A stretch of 64,000 nucleotides of DNA from a bacterium (GTDB lineage Bacteria; SAR324; JACQKK01), in contig OZ251219.1 of assembly GCA_965240465.1 (NCBI GenBank), forward strand, positions 736,001-800,000, written 5' to 3'. Positions within the stretch are counted from its first letter, which is position 1. Every line of letters starts with the position of its first letter. This document shows, one piece after another, positions 9,881-19,622 of this stretch. The notes beneath the pieces are model-generated. The model ran no database searches and was not told where the DNA came from. It saw only the letters and a program-made list of their open reading frames with translations. A program made the position numbers and the translations under genes.

Positions 9881-10978
9881 ATGGCAGCTACCAAGACTAA
9901 ATCTTCCCATTTGCTACTGCGAGCTTTGCACTCAGAGCCCACCGAACGCGCCCCAGTGTGGTTGATGCGTCAAGCTGGCCGAAGCGACCCTGAGTACCTA
10001 GCTTATCGTAGGAAGAGCGGCAAACAACTGGAGGAACTATTTGGTAGTGTTTCCGATATGGTAGCCATATCTTTACTCCCCAAAAGATTAGGAGTAGATG
10101 CCTTGATCTTGTTCCAAGACATTTTAACTCCCCTGTCTGCGATGGGATCACCTTTTATTTTTCGTCCTGGTCCGAAATTGATTTCGCCCTTCTATTTTCC
10201 TCAAGCCAAATTGCGATCCCTGAAACCCAAACGCCAGCTATCCTTTATAGGCGATGCCATCACAAAGCTAAGAGAAATCCAAGAACTTCCCTTGTTAGGA
10301 TTCGCAGGGGCACCGCTAACCCTAATCGCCTTCTTGCTGGATGAAGGCAAAAAACTAACCCGCACCCTAGCCTTAGCACGAGAATACCCCCAAAAATTTG
10401 CGGCACTCATGGAGCATCTTACCGATGCCACCATTGATTATTTGCAATTTCAAATAGAAAGCGGAGTACATGCGGTACAGCTATTTGAATCGCTAGGTCA
10501 TTTGATTCCAAAATCCGTTTATGAGGAACTAGTACAACCCAGCCATGAGCGTATTTTTAAGTCCCTGACCGCTCCGAGCATTTTGTTTGTGCGAGGTTCT
10601 CCTTGGTTGGAGGGTATGATCGCCAGTGGTGCTAATGCCTTGAGCGTAGCATCTCATGTGGACTTGGCACTCTTACAGAAGTCACTGCAGAAGTCATTGC
10701 AAAAGTCACCGCAGAAGTCACCGCAGAAGTCACCGCAGAAATCCACCCCAAAACGACTGGCGATACAAGGCAACCTAGATAACAAATTACTACGCGATGG
10801 TCCCTCGTCAGAGATTATAAAAGCCGTAAATGCTTGTTTAGAGGAAACCAATGGGCAAGGACATGTTGTTAATCTCAATCATGGGGTTTTTCAGGACACC
10901 CCATTAGAGCACATTCAAGCCTTTATAGATGCCGTCAAGCGGTGGCGTCCTGCTGGTGGTGGGGGGAGTAGTGGATGA
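9881..10978 (+). CDS. hemE: Uroporphyrinogen decarboxylase
   Basis: PVWLMRQAGR, GFAGAP, QGNLD, NLNHGV. Confidence 0.95.
   Translation: MAATKTKSSHLLLRALHSEPTERAPVWLMRQAGRSDPEYLAYRRKSGKQLEELFGSVSDMVAISLLPKRLGVDALILFQDILTPLSAMGSPFIFRPGPKLISPFYFPQAKLRSLKPKRQLSFIGDAITKLREIQELPLLGFAGAPLTLIAFLLDEGKKLTRTLALAREYPQKFAALMEHLTDATIDYLQFQIESGVHAVQLFESLGHLIPKSVYEELVQPSHERIFKSLTAPSILFVRGSPWLEGMIASGANALSVASHVDLALLQKSLQKSLQKSPQKSPQKSPQKSTPKRLAIQGNLDNKLLRDGPSSEIIKAVNACLEETNGQGHVVNLNHGVFQDTPLEHIQAFIDAVKRWRPAGGGGSSG
10676..10744 (+). repeat. In-frame 12-bp tandem repeat (about 6 copies, QKSL/QKSP) inside hemE
   Basis: CAGAAGTCAC(C/T)G repeated. Confidence 0.92.
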
Positions 10979-11021
10979 TTGCTCTGTTGGGTATGGTAGA
11001 AGTTAGAATCGCTCCTATTAT

Positions 11022-11993
11022 TTGATTATCTTTGGGGCGTCAGTAATTTTTTTTTCAAGAGATAAGTCAGTGGGTGTTAGTGGTCGGGATTATTTGGGGA
11101 GGGTTAGTTTTTCGGATATTAACCATCAAGGTTTGCTGACTTGGCGGGCTTTACTTTATTGGGGGATGTATCCTTTATTGGGGGTTCTTTCTGAGGAGGA
11201 GGTTCGTTCGGAGTTGCAGTTGATTAAGGTTGCTCCGGTGATGTGGGTAGTGCGGGCTATTTTAGGCAAGCGACCGCTAGTGGAGTGTCCTCAGGTGGAG
11301 GGGGGGGAGGTGCAGTTGGAAGGAGCATTTCAACAGCGGTTGTGGGAGGCGGATCGTCAAGTTTTGGGAGGTTCAGGTTCACAGAAGCGTTGGTGGTGGG
11401 AGGTAGGCGTCAATTTATACGGGCGTTCTGATCACCCTAATAAATCGTCCGAGCAACCTTTAACCGAGCCTCCTGTTGCCCGAGTACGCTCTTGGTTGGC
11501 TCTCACTCGCCCTTTTGGCAAAGTTGGTGAGCGTCATTTGGAGTCATTACCGGAGAGTTTATTAAAGCGATTACCTCTGCATTCTTGGATTGGTGGCTGG
11601 CCTGATTGGCGAGGGTTGTCTTTGGAGCCAGTTTGTCCTTGGCAAGAGTTATTGCGGGCTGATCCTCAGCAGTTAAGGTGGGGGCCTCAGCAAACCGATG
11701 GTCTGGGACACGTCAATATGAATGAATCTTTAGCCGCGGTAGAAGGCTATGGAACTCAGCTACTTGCTCGGAACGGAGTGCCTTTGTTTGGCATCCGACC
11801 AGCGGGTTTGCGGGCTTATTTTCGTAAGCCTTTGTTTGCAGGGGATTTAACTAAGGTGCATGGTAAGTTGTGGCGTAGGCGGAACTCCTTTATGTTTTCA
11901 GGAGGGCTTTGGGCTAGTAGCATAAAAAACGGCAGAGAGAGCATTGATGCATCGCCCGCGTTATTTTGTCGGCTACGCTGGCATTTGTTGTGA
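11022..11993 (+). CDS. Probable double hot-dog-fold (acyl-ACP thioesterase-like) protein; start uncertain
   Basis: VSFSDINHQG and TDGLGHVNMN resemble the two hot-dog thioesterase motifs; YFRKPLFAGD. Confidence 0.55.
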   Translation: MIIFGASVIFFSRDKSVGVSGRDYLGRVSFSDINHQGLLTWRALLYWGMYPLLGVLSEEEVRSELQLIKVAPVMWVVRAILGKRPLVECPQVEGGEVQLEGAFQQRLWEADRQVLGGSGSQKRWWWEVGVNLYGRSDHPNKSSEQPLTEPPVARVRSWLALTRPFGKVGERHLESLPESLLKRLPLHSWIGGWPDWRGLSLEPVCPWQELLRADPQQLRWGPQQTDGLGHVNMNESLAAVEGYGTQLLARNGVPLFGIRPAGLRAYFRKPLFAGDLTKVHGKLWRRRNSFMFSGGLWASSIKNGRESIDASPALFCRLRWHLL

Positions 11994-12020
11994 TACCAGA
12001 TACGGCACGGCTATAATTAG

Positions 12021-12126
12021 GACGGATATGGCATCAGGCGATGCAATCACATTTGGCGATGCAATCACATTTGGCGATGCAATCACATTTGGCGATGCAA
12101 TCACATCAGACGGATATGGCATCAGG
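12021..12126. repeat. 18-bp tandem repeat x4 bracketed by a different 18-bp direct repeat
   Basis: GGCGATGCAATCACATTT x3 plus variant; GACGGATATGGCATCAGG at 12021-12038 and 12109-12126. Confidence 0.93.
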
Positions 12127-12175
12127 ATACCGCGGGTACTCATTTTAGGATCATTTTATCAGCTGGAAAAACATA

Positions 12176-12472
12176 ATGCAGGCTAAGAAACTAACTCCCA
12201 CCGAGCTTCAGCAATCTTTACTAGAACTCCCAGGCTGGAAGCTAATAGATGGGAAACTACAGCAGGAATTTTGCTTCTCAGATTTTTTGGAGGCTTTTTC
12301 CTTCATGTGTCGGGTAGCCTTGCTGGCTGAGCGTTTCAACCATCACCCTGATTGGAGCAATGTGTACCAAAGGGTTCATATTTCGCTCTTTACCCATGAT
12401 TTGGGATGTTTAAGCACCAAAGATTTAGTACTAGCGCGTCATATTGATCAGGCTGCGGTTGACAAGAAATGA
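12176..12472 (+). CDS. phhB: Pterin-4a-carbinolamine dehydratase
   Basis: NHHPDWSNVY, THDLGCLSTKD. Confidence 0.93.
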   Translation: MQAKKLTPTELQQSLLELPGWKLIDGKLQQEFCFSDFLEAFSFMCRVALLAERFNHHPDWSNVYQRVHISLFTHDLGCLSTKDLVLARHIDQAAVDKK

Positions 12473-12552
12473 TGATATTTACCTTAAAAAAAGATTTTTT
12501 AGCCATATTGTGTTAGACCTATGTTCATGTGGTAGCTGATTGCTATCGTTTG

Positions 12553-12592
12553 CTCTTAGCTAGAGAATATCTAAGAGTTGAGAGCGTTTTTT
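12553..12592 (+). promoter_or_regulatory. Palindromic leader element upstream of DoxX copy 1
   Basis: CTCTTAG-N11-CTAAGAG plus T-tract; 30-bp core identical to 13146-13175 region. Confidence 0.55.
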
Positions 12593-12615
12593 GTCCCTAA
12601 CCCGGAGATTAAATT

Positions 12616-13041
12616 ATGAGTTCAATATTAACCTTTTTTCAAACCAAGTTTGATGTAGTCCTTTTGTTTCTGCGTCTAGTGCTTGGAGTTTTTCTACTAA
12701 TATCGGGATTGGGTAAGATTTCCGGCTTCGCGGTGGAGACCTTTAGGGAACTTAGTGTGTTCCTTCCCTCCATAACCGGTCCTTTTATAACCCTATTGGA
12801 GGTAGTAGGCGGCTTATTCTTAATATTTGGTTTGTTTATCCGTTATACCTCTTTGCTGTTTGTGGTTCAGTTTCTAGTGATTATTCTTTATGTGAATCTA
12901 GTAGTGCAGAAGCTCAGCCTGACTGACACGGAGTTTAGCTTGAACTTAACCATCTTAGCAGGGATTTTAGTTCTCTTATCTCAGGGTGAAGGCTCTTGTT
13001 CATTGAGTAAGGTGCTGGGTATTGATAAACGCATGCTATAG
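12616..13041 (+). CDS. DoxX family membrane protein
   Basis: LRLVLGVFL...GLGK, EVVGGLFLIFGLFIRY, G.G..SL C-terminus. Confidence 0.88.
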   Translation: MSSILTFFQTKFDVVLLFLRLVLGVFLLISGLGKISGFAVETFRELSVFLPSITGPFITLLEVVGGLFLIFGLFIRYTSLLFVVQFLVIILYVNLVVQKLSLTDTEFSLNLTILAGILVLLSQGEGSCSLSKVLGIDKRML

Positions 13042-13059
13042 ACGCTAAGGTGTTGTTTC

Positions 13060-13091
13060 ACGGGGAGGGGTTCTAAACTCCTCCTTCGTGC
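13060..13091 (+). terminator. Hairpin after DoxX copy 1, probable terminator
   Basis: CACGGGGAGGGGTT-CTA-AACTCCTCCTTCGTG imperfect inverted repeat. Confidence 0.5.
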
Positions 13092-13145
13092 ACTTTGGCT
13101 ACCAAAAAAACATCCGTTCTCATTATGCGGTGACTGTCCGCGATC

Positions 13146-13186
13146 CTCTTAGCTAGAGAATATCTAAGAGTTGAGGGCGTTTTTTT
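13146..13186 (+). promoter_or_regulatory. Second copy of the palindromic DoxX leader element
   Basis: CTCTTAGCTAGAGAATATCTAAGAGTTGAG then GGCG and T7. Confidence 0.55.
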
Positions 13187-13211
13187 GTTCCTATATGCAG
13201 GAGGTTAAATT

Positions 13212-13651
13212 ATGAATTCAATGTTAGTGCTTTTTCAAAGCAAGGTTGACCAGTTTTTTGGCTTTGTAGAAGCAAGGTTGACCTGTTTCTTTTGCTTTTG
13301 CGTCTAGTGCTGGGAACTGCATTGCTAAGGTTTGGATTGGAAAAGTCAGGAGACATAGATGGATTTCTGAAATTTCTGGTAGCACTGCTGGACATAATCG
13401 GTGGTTTGTTCCTGATATTTGGCTTATTTGTTCGTTACACTTCATTACCGCTGGCGATCCAGTTATTTGCAATACTTCTTTACGGGATCTGGGCGGTGCA
13501 AGGATACGGCGAATTGGAATTACTCAGTGTGGACTTTGTTTCTAACTTGATCTTGGCATCAGGGATATTAATTCTCTTGTCCCATGGTGGTGGTAGAATA
13601 TCACTGGAACGCCCAATAAAGCGTCTTGCATCATATATTGATGAACCATAG
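13212..13651 (+). pseudogene. DoxX paralog with a 5' frameshift (or translated from TTG 13292)
   Basis: GGAGG SD and ATG 13212 homologous to the copy 1 start; 32-bp offset duplication of AGCAAGGTTGACC shifts the frame. Confidence 0.7.
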
Positions 13652-13724
13652 GTGTAAATCTGATGGAGGCTGGTTTTTGCGTTGCTAATGGCAGCAAAAA
13701 AAGGCTCTTGCTGATTTGCAGAGG

Positions 13725-13838
13725 TGTCGTATCAAGGTATTGTCATACCAAGGTATTGTCATACCAAGGTATTGTCATACCAAGGTATTGTCATACCGAG
13801 ATATTGTCATACCAAGGTATTATACCAAGATATTGTCA
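13725..13838 (-). repeat. 16-bp tandem repeat (about 7 copies) derived from the last codons of panC
   Basis: Minus strand: TGACAATA(T/C)CTTGGTA repeated past the TAA. Confidence 0.93.
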
Positions 13839-14650
13839 ATCAATCTTACCTTGCCAAAGCGGGCTGCTAAGCTGATGAGGGTAGGGGGGCTGATTTGGAT
13901 TTGCTCTGCCAGATCTTCTGGATCGGCGAGGCTAAGGTACTCTAGCTGAGCGAGGGGTGCTTTTTTGATGACACGGAGCATTTGTCGCTTGATCTCAGAA
14001 GCGGTGCTTATTTTTTGAGCAATGGCATCGGCTCCGATTTGCAAGGCCTGATACAAACACGGAGCTTGAAGCCGAGCTGTTTTAGTAAGGAGGGCATTTC
14101 GGGAAGATAGTGCTAATCCATCGGGGTTGCGGATGGTCGGACAGATAACGACCTGACAGTCCAATAGCAGGTCTCCGACTAGGCGTTTGATGATGACACA
14201 TTGTTGGGCGTCTTTTTGTCCGAAATAGATTTTTTGGGGGAGGGTGAGGCACAGCAGCTTGGTTATCACGGTAGTTACTCCCTTAAAATGTCCTTGGCGA
14301 TGTTGTCCTTCAAGGAGAGAAGAAAGTTTTGGTAGTTCCACTATGGTTTGTGATTTGGGGGGATAGATTTCTTTTACTGCGGGTGCTAGCAGAGAATCGG
14401 CTCCATTTTCTTGGGCGAGGGCAATATCTTTTTTCATTTGTCGGGGGTAGGCTGCTAGATCAGCTGAGCGGTTAAATTGCAGCGGATTGACAAATATCCA
14501 CACCAAGGTGTGCTTATTTTCGGCTACTGAACGGCGGATGAGAGATAAATGTCCTTCGTGCAGGGCTCCCATTGTGGGGACCAATCCCAGCGGCGAGGGA
14601 ATTTCAGATTTTAGGGTGTGCCAAGCATTCAGCGAGCGTAGTTCTTTCAT
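13820..14650 (-). CDS. panC: Pantoate--beta-alanine ligase
   Basis: VPTMGALHEGH, FVNPLQF, FGQKDAQQ, GLALSSRN, RLIDN. Confidence 0.98.
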   Translation of the reverse strand: MKELRSLNAWHTLKSEIPSPLGLVPTMGALHEGHLSLIRRSVAENKHTLVWIFVNPLQFNRSADLAAYPRQMKKDIALAQENGADSLLAPAVKEIYPPKSQTIVELPKLSSLLEGQHRQGHFKGVTTVITKLLCLTLPQKIYFGQKDAQQCVIIKRLVGDLLLDCQVVICPTIRNPDGLALSSRNALLTKTARLQAPCLYQALQIGADAIAQKISTASEIKRQMLRVIKKAPLAQLEYLSLADPEDLAEQIQISPPTLISLAARFGKVRLIDNILV

Positions 14651-14745
14651 CAGCAGTTAGCGAGGGTTAGAAGGGGGGGCTTGTTTAGTAAGATGATAGT
14701 ATTTAGATTACACTGGAGAGTTGGCTAGCAGATCAAGGTACTAAA

Positions 14746-15168
14746 ATGAAGAAATTAACTCCAGCCGCGTTATTTTGTTGGTATTATTTGGCAGTAAGTC
14801 CTCAGGGTAAATATGGATTTATCAATGCTAATCAATTGTCGAAGGAATTGGGAGCCACGGTGGATGAACTCATGGCATGCCTAAAAAAAGAAGGTATCCA
14901 TCCCGATGAGGTACTTAATACCGATTTTCCAATGGCACGGCATCAAGTAGAATTACAATTGTTGGCTAATACTTCCTCTGATGGTGTCTTGGGAGAATTG
15001 TTGTCTAAGGCACAAAGAGTGTATACTGTTTGGAGTCTCCAACGTGGTCGGAAGCGCGACTGGGTGGCAGAAATTGCTCAGGAACGGGAGCAAGATAGCG
15101 AGCGTTCTCGTGAGCGTGGGCGTGAGCGTGGGCGTGAGCGTGTCAAAGCACAAAAAGTGGGGTCATAG
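14746..15168 (+). CDS. Hypothetical protein with C-terminal RGRE repeat (12-bp unit)
   Basis: ATG with upstream AAGG; protein-like composition; no family recognised. Confidence 0.7.
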   Translation: MKKLTPAALFCWYYLAVSPQGKYGFINANQLSKELGATVDELMACLKKEGIHPDEVLNTDFPMARHQVELQLLANTSSDGVLGELLSKAQRVYTVWSLQRGRKRDWVAEIAQEREQDSERSRERGRERGRERVKAQKVGS

Positions 15169-15215
15169 TTAGTAGGGCGAGGGATATTGGTATTTTTAAT
15201 GATTATTAAGTAAGG

Positions 15216-16490
15216 ATGGAAATGTTTGATTGGTTGTATTCAATATCGGCAGAGTCTTGGCTAGCTTTGGTAGCAGGGATGATAATAACAAGATTTGTGG
15301 TAGAGAGCGGGCTGGATTGGTTAAATTTGCAAAACATAAGGCAGGCCCCTGAGGTAGTGCCTGTTGGTCTTCGGGTATCGGTGGATGTTTTGAAGAAGGG
15401 TTCATCTTATCATAGCGTATTAATGCGGGTTTCTTTGTGGAGGCGGTTGGCAGCGACCCTATTTTTTGGATGGGTAGTATTTGGAGGGATTTTACCTAGT
15501 TTAGCCAGCTGGGTAGATTTGACGGGTTTAGCTGAGTCGCATCAGTTTGTTTTGTATTTTGGGGCATTGGGATTGTTATTCTTTGTATTTTCATTACCTT
15601 GGGGGTGGCACAGAACTTTTTCAGTGGAGGAACGCTTTGGCTTTAACAAACAAAAACCAGCTAGCTGGTGGCTGGATGTAGCAAAGAAATTATTGGTAGC
15701 TGCTTGTTTTGGTATCCCTTTGGCGTATGCGGCTTTTTGGTGTTTAGTGCTCAGCGAGAGCTGGTGGTGGCTGTATCTGAGTCTATTGTTTATCTTATGG
15801 GGGGCATTGGTAATGTGGTTATTCCCGACCGTGATTGTGCCCTTATTCAATCGCCTGACGCCACTGCCAGAAGGTGAATTGAGCTCTCGTTTGGAATCCT
15901 TGGCGGAACGGGAAAGATTTGCTTGTCGGGGTATATTTGTTCTGGATGCCTCCCAGCGTTCAGGACATTCCAACGCCTTTTTTGCGGGATTGTTTCAACC
16001 TCGCATCGTTTTGTTTGACACTTTGGTAGAAGAAATTTCTCCTCAGGAATGTGAAGCAGTTTTGGCACATGAGATCGGTCATTATAAGCTGGGACACATG
16101 CTCTGGAATTTGCTGGCAGCATCCATAACGCAAATAATGAGGTTCTTTGTTTTGAGCTTGATCCTGATTGCTCCTAAATGGTCAGTAGCCTTTGGATTTA
16201 ACCAACCTTCCTTAGCAGGAGAAATAGCATTGTTGCTTTTGTTGTCGGGTCCGCTGTTTTTCTTTTTATCCCCGCTAAGTGCGATGCTTTCTAGACGCTT
16301 TGAATACCAAGCCGATGCCTTTGCTTGCCGTGCCGTCGGAGAAAGCAAGCCTCTGGAAACAGCTCTGCTATCACTGAGTAAGCACAATCTAGCTAATTTT
16401 CATCCTCATCGTTTGTTCAGCATTTATCACCACAGTCATCCTACCTTGGTAGAAAGAATAGCGGCTATGGCTAAGCTGCAAAAGGTTTAG
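15216..16490 (+). CDS. M48 family (Ste24-like) membrane zinc metalloprotease
   Basis: HSNAFFAG, LAHEIGH, EYQAD, HSHPTLVERI; multiple TM segments. Confidence 0.95.
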   Translation: MEMFDWLYSISAESWLALVAGMIITRFVVESGLDWLNLQNIRQAPEVVPVGLRVSVDVLKKGSSYHSVLMRVSLWRRLAATLFFGWVVFGGILPSLASWVDLTGLAESHQFVLYFGALGLLFFVFSLPWGWHRTFSVEERFGFNKQKPASWWLDVAKKLLVAACFGIPLAYAAFWCLVLSESWWWLYLSLLFILWGALVMWLFPTVIVPLFNRLTPLPEGELSSRLESLAERERFACRGIFVLDASQRSGHSNAFFAGLFQPRIVLFDTLVEEISPQECEAVLAHEIGHYKLGHMLWNLLAASITQIMRFFVLSLILIAPKWSVAFGFNQPSLAGEIALLLLLSGPLFFFLSPLSAMLSRRFEYQADAFACRAVGESKPLETALLSLSKHNLANFHPHRLFSIYHHSHPTLVERIAAMAKLQKV

Positions 16491-16508
16491 TCCTGCGAAG
16501 GTCTGCCT

Positions 16509-17552
16509 TCAGAGGGAAAACTTGAGTTGGTTTTGGTGTAATTTGCGAGCCTCGCGGATGATATAAGCGAGCACATCAGGGGTAATTGCTTGACGAGGGT
16601 CATCCCCGATCCCTTTAAGGGGCTGGATATTTGTTTCTATTAGGAGGCCATCGGCCCCATAAGCGGTAGCTGCCATAGCCGAAAAAGGAACGTAGCTAGC
16701 GTGTCCGACTGAGTGACTGGGATCCACCACGATTGGTGCCCAGGTTTTTTCTTTTAGGATGGGCGTGATACATTCATCGGGGTGATTGCGATATCCTTCC
16801 AGAGCGGGGATTGTGCCTCTGGGGGTGAGGATCATATTGGAGCATCCTTGGGAGACGACATATTCTGCGGCTAGGATTAGTTCATCGGCTGTGCCCATGT
16901 GCATGGTACGCTTTAGGAGTACCGCGGAGTTTTTGGGGAAGGCTTTTTTTCCTACTTGCTTGAGTAGATTGTAATTAAGGGCATTGCGAGTGCCAATTTG
17001 TAATACATCTAGTTTGGCTGCCAATAATAAGTCCAGTTGTTCTACGTCCATTACTTCGGTGATGATAGGCAGCCCCGTGCGTTCTCGGGCTTCCAGCAAA
17101 ATATCCAGTGATTTGTGGTCGCCCTGGTAGGAATGAGGACTGGTTCGGGGCTTCCAGATACCTCCTCTGAGGACATCTCCCCCGGCTTCTTTGATGGCGT
17201 TGGCGGTTTCATAAAACAGGGAAGGATTTTTAGGGTCAATGGTGCAATGACCCGCAAACACTAAAAAATGTCCTTTTCCCAGAGGCTTACCTCCCACTGT
17301 GACCTGACCCTCTGCCAAAGCTGATCCTTTATCCATCAGGCGATAAGGGCTTTGAATTGTTTGCACTCGTTTTACAAAATCAAGTCCTTCTAGGCGTTTG
17401 AGCATCAGGTCATTGCGTTCATCGCCCTTGATAAGGTAAATATCTTGGGGTTCTCCAGAGACCTTTAGCAGGCTCACCTTGAATTCGTGGGCTACCTTAT
17501 AAAGCAATTTTTCTTGCTCATCGTTAAGCTTGGCTATTTTGGGAATAATCAT
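16509..17552 (-). CDS. aroF: DAHP synthase, class I-beta
   Basis: GGIWKPRTSPHSYQG, QIGTRN, VDPSHS; N-terminal regulatory domain. Confidence 0.9.
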   Translation of the reverse strand: MIIPKIAKLNDEQEKLLYKVAHEFKVSLLKVSGEPQDIYLIKGDERNDLMLKRLEGLDFVKRVQTIQSPYRLMDKGSALAEGQVTVGGKPLGKGHFLVFAGHCTIDPKNPSLFYETANAIKEAGGDVLRGGIWKPRTSPHSYQGDHKSLDILLEARERTGLPIITEVMDVEQLDLLLAAKLDVLQIGTRNALNYNLLKQVGKKAFPKNSAVLLKRTMHMGTADELILAAEYVVSQGCSNMILTPRGTIPALEGYRNHPDECITPILKEKTWAPIVVDPSHSVGHASYVPFSAMAATAYGADGLLIETNIQPLKGIGDDPRQAITPDVLAYIIREARKLHQNQLKFSL

Positions 17553-17688
17553 AGGTTGTTATGTACCTGAAAAAGCAAGCTATTGGCCTGAAATATTATT
17601 AGTGGATGCATAGGATCAAGCTGGTGAATAGAATAGATACCACTCTCAGCCTGATTTTTTCTAGTCAGAAGTAAAAAATCAAGGGAGA

Positions 17689-18336
17689 CTAGCTGGGTAT
17701 ACGGCTAAGCAAATGGCTAGCATATTTAGCCATCATGTCTACTTCTAGATTGAGTTTTTCCCCCAGTTTTTTGGTAGCCAAAGTAGTTTGCTGCTGAGTG
17801 TAGGGAGTAAGCATAAAGGAAAACCAGTACTCAGAAGTACTTTCTGGCAAGGATCCAATCGTAAGGCTGACTCCATCAACCGCGATGCTACCCTGAGGAA
17901 TCAAGTACCTAAACAGAGATTTTGGAACCGCAACCTTAAGCAGCAAAGAATCTCCTTCTGGGTGTTGTTGACGGAGTTCTCCGAGATTATCCACGTGTCC
18001 CTGTACCAAATGTCCGTGTAGTCGGTCATTCAAACAGAGCGGTCGCTCCAGATGAACTTTGTCGCCGGTAGTGAGCTCCGATAAATTAGTACGCCGCAAA
18101 GTTTCGGAACCCAAATCAAATTGTAATAGCAGTTCGCCAGCAGGGCTGGTTTCCCGATGAATGATGGTAAGGCAGACCCCTTGCACTGCCAAGCTATCGC
18201 CCAATTTGAATGACTCTAGACCCCATTCAGACCCGACAGATTTCACTGAAGGACACCCCACCCGCAGACATCCCTGCTGGGTATTAACCGAAAGAGATCT
18301 CACCACCCCCATTTTTTCTATAACACCGGTGAACAT
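17689..18336 (-). CDS. ribE: Riboflavin synthase
   Basis: MFTG start, GVCLT, GHLVQGHVD, GSIAVDGVSLT. Confidence 0.97.
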   Translation of the reverse strand: MFTGVIEKMGVVRSLSVNTQQGCLRVGCPSVKSVGSEWGLESFKLGDSLAVQGVCLTIIHRETSPAGELLLQFDLGSETLRRTNLSELTTGDKVHLERPLCLNDRLHGHLVQGHVDNLGELRQQHPEGDSLLLKVAVPKSLFRYLIPQGSIAVDGVSLTIGSLPESTSEYWFSFMLTPYTQQQTTLATKKLGEKLNLEVDMMAKYASHLLSRIPS

Positions 18337-18423
18337 CGGTGATCTACTAATTCAGCCAACAAAACACGCACGGACCCTCTTTGTCTCCTTGGTGGCTTCG
18401 TCTCTTTGGTGGGCGATGCTAAA

Positions 18424-19200
18424 TTACAGCTTGAGGAAATCACTGTGATGCTGGGGTTTTTTCTGAAGGTCAATCAAGCGTTTAATGTCGCGGTCATCAT
18501 GATTGATTACCACACCCGCATCCACGATTCCACTTTTTAGCTCTGATTTGAGAAAGCGGGAATGATGAGGCACTTTGGAAGCATCTTCGCTCAGGGTTCC
18601 AATAGCAGTTTTAGAATTGAGATAATCGGCTTTTCCATTGCAGAGGCAAAAATAATCTTTGGCATCAGCAGGGACCTTAACTGGCCTATTTTTAATATCC
18701 CGATTCATTTTATCGGGATTGCCATGAATTACCTCCCGATAGAAGACCGTGCCCTTGATTCCCAAAGTAGCCGTAGGACCTTCCACTAGGTATCGCTGCC
18801 GAGTAGGGATTACCGCCAGTATGGCTCCGCGGGTTAAGGACAATATGCCCCGTTTTTTGCCATCAATATTAAAACGCATGTCCAAGGGTCCCTTCAGCTG
18901 GACGGTGGTATTATCAGACAAGCGGAGAAAGAGTTCTCCTGCTTCTTTAGAGGTAATGCGGACTCCGCTTTTAATGACAGAACCCTTACGCAATTTTTTG
19001 AGACCCGCCCGAAATACGCCCTTGATGGAGAGCACTTCTCCCTTACCGCCGCGGGGTTTGCGTCTTAAGAGGCTTTTCCACTCAATGGCTTGAGCCGCGG
19101 CACGATTGCCCCAGCAGGCTAGGCTGGCAAAAGCACTCAGAGCTAGCGTCTTTAGCCCCAAGGAAATCACTCGGCGACGCTTAAAATTTTGCTGAATCAT
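18424..19200 (-). CDS. Exported FecR-domain-like protein with probable Tat signal
   Basis: KRRRVI followed by hydrophobic stretch and AQA; GPTATLGIKGT FecR-like motif. Confidence 0.65.
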   Translation of the reverse strand: MIQQNFKRRRVISLGLKTLALSAFASLACWGNRAAAQAIEWKSLLRRKPRGGKGEVLSIKGVFRAGLKKLRKGSVIKSGVRITSKEAGELFLRLSDNTTVQLKGPLDMRFNIDGKKRGILSLTRGAILAVIPTRQRYLVEGPTATLGIKGTVFYREVIHGNPDKMNRDIKNRPVKVPADAKDYFCLCNGKADYLNSKTAIGTLSEDASKVPHHSRFLKSELKSGIVDAGVVINHDDRDIKRLIDLQKKPQHHSDFLKL

Positions 19201-19622
19201 GCCAGACTGATTAGTTAATTTATTTTTTTGAGATGCTGTATTAATGGTTTTATTCCCTTTCGCAAGCGATGAAAAAAAATGTTCTCAGGAAACTTTTTTA
19301 CTCGGATGCCTGACACAAGTACAACAAGGTTAATTTTGGAAGATCAAAACCTACTCTATTTAATAGAGGCAAGCAATGCACGGCGCATGATAGCACTAAT
19401 ATTGCTATTAGGTAAATATTTTTTTAAGGGTGCTTTTTGCTTGCAAAAAAAGTATGGTTAGCAAGGATGATGGCACTTATCACGATCTCAGTCTTTGGCA
19501 GGTATTTGAATGAATTTGCTTTTAGGCTGCATAAGTTTATGGTGAAGTGATGTGTGTGTGGAATAGTGCGTGCGTGGGACGTATTTATCGCCTGTGGTTG
19601 TTGGCAAGAGTTTAATTCATAG

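Noticed and set aside
11944-12186. 80-aa ORF with GDAITF repeats
   Set aside because: Overlaps both neighbours and is open mainly because the 18-bp unit lacks stops; no coding evidence
18337-18423. FMN riboswitch upstream of ribE
   Set aside because: Gap too short and lacks the conserved RFN motifs
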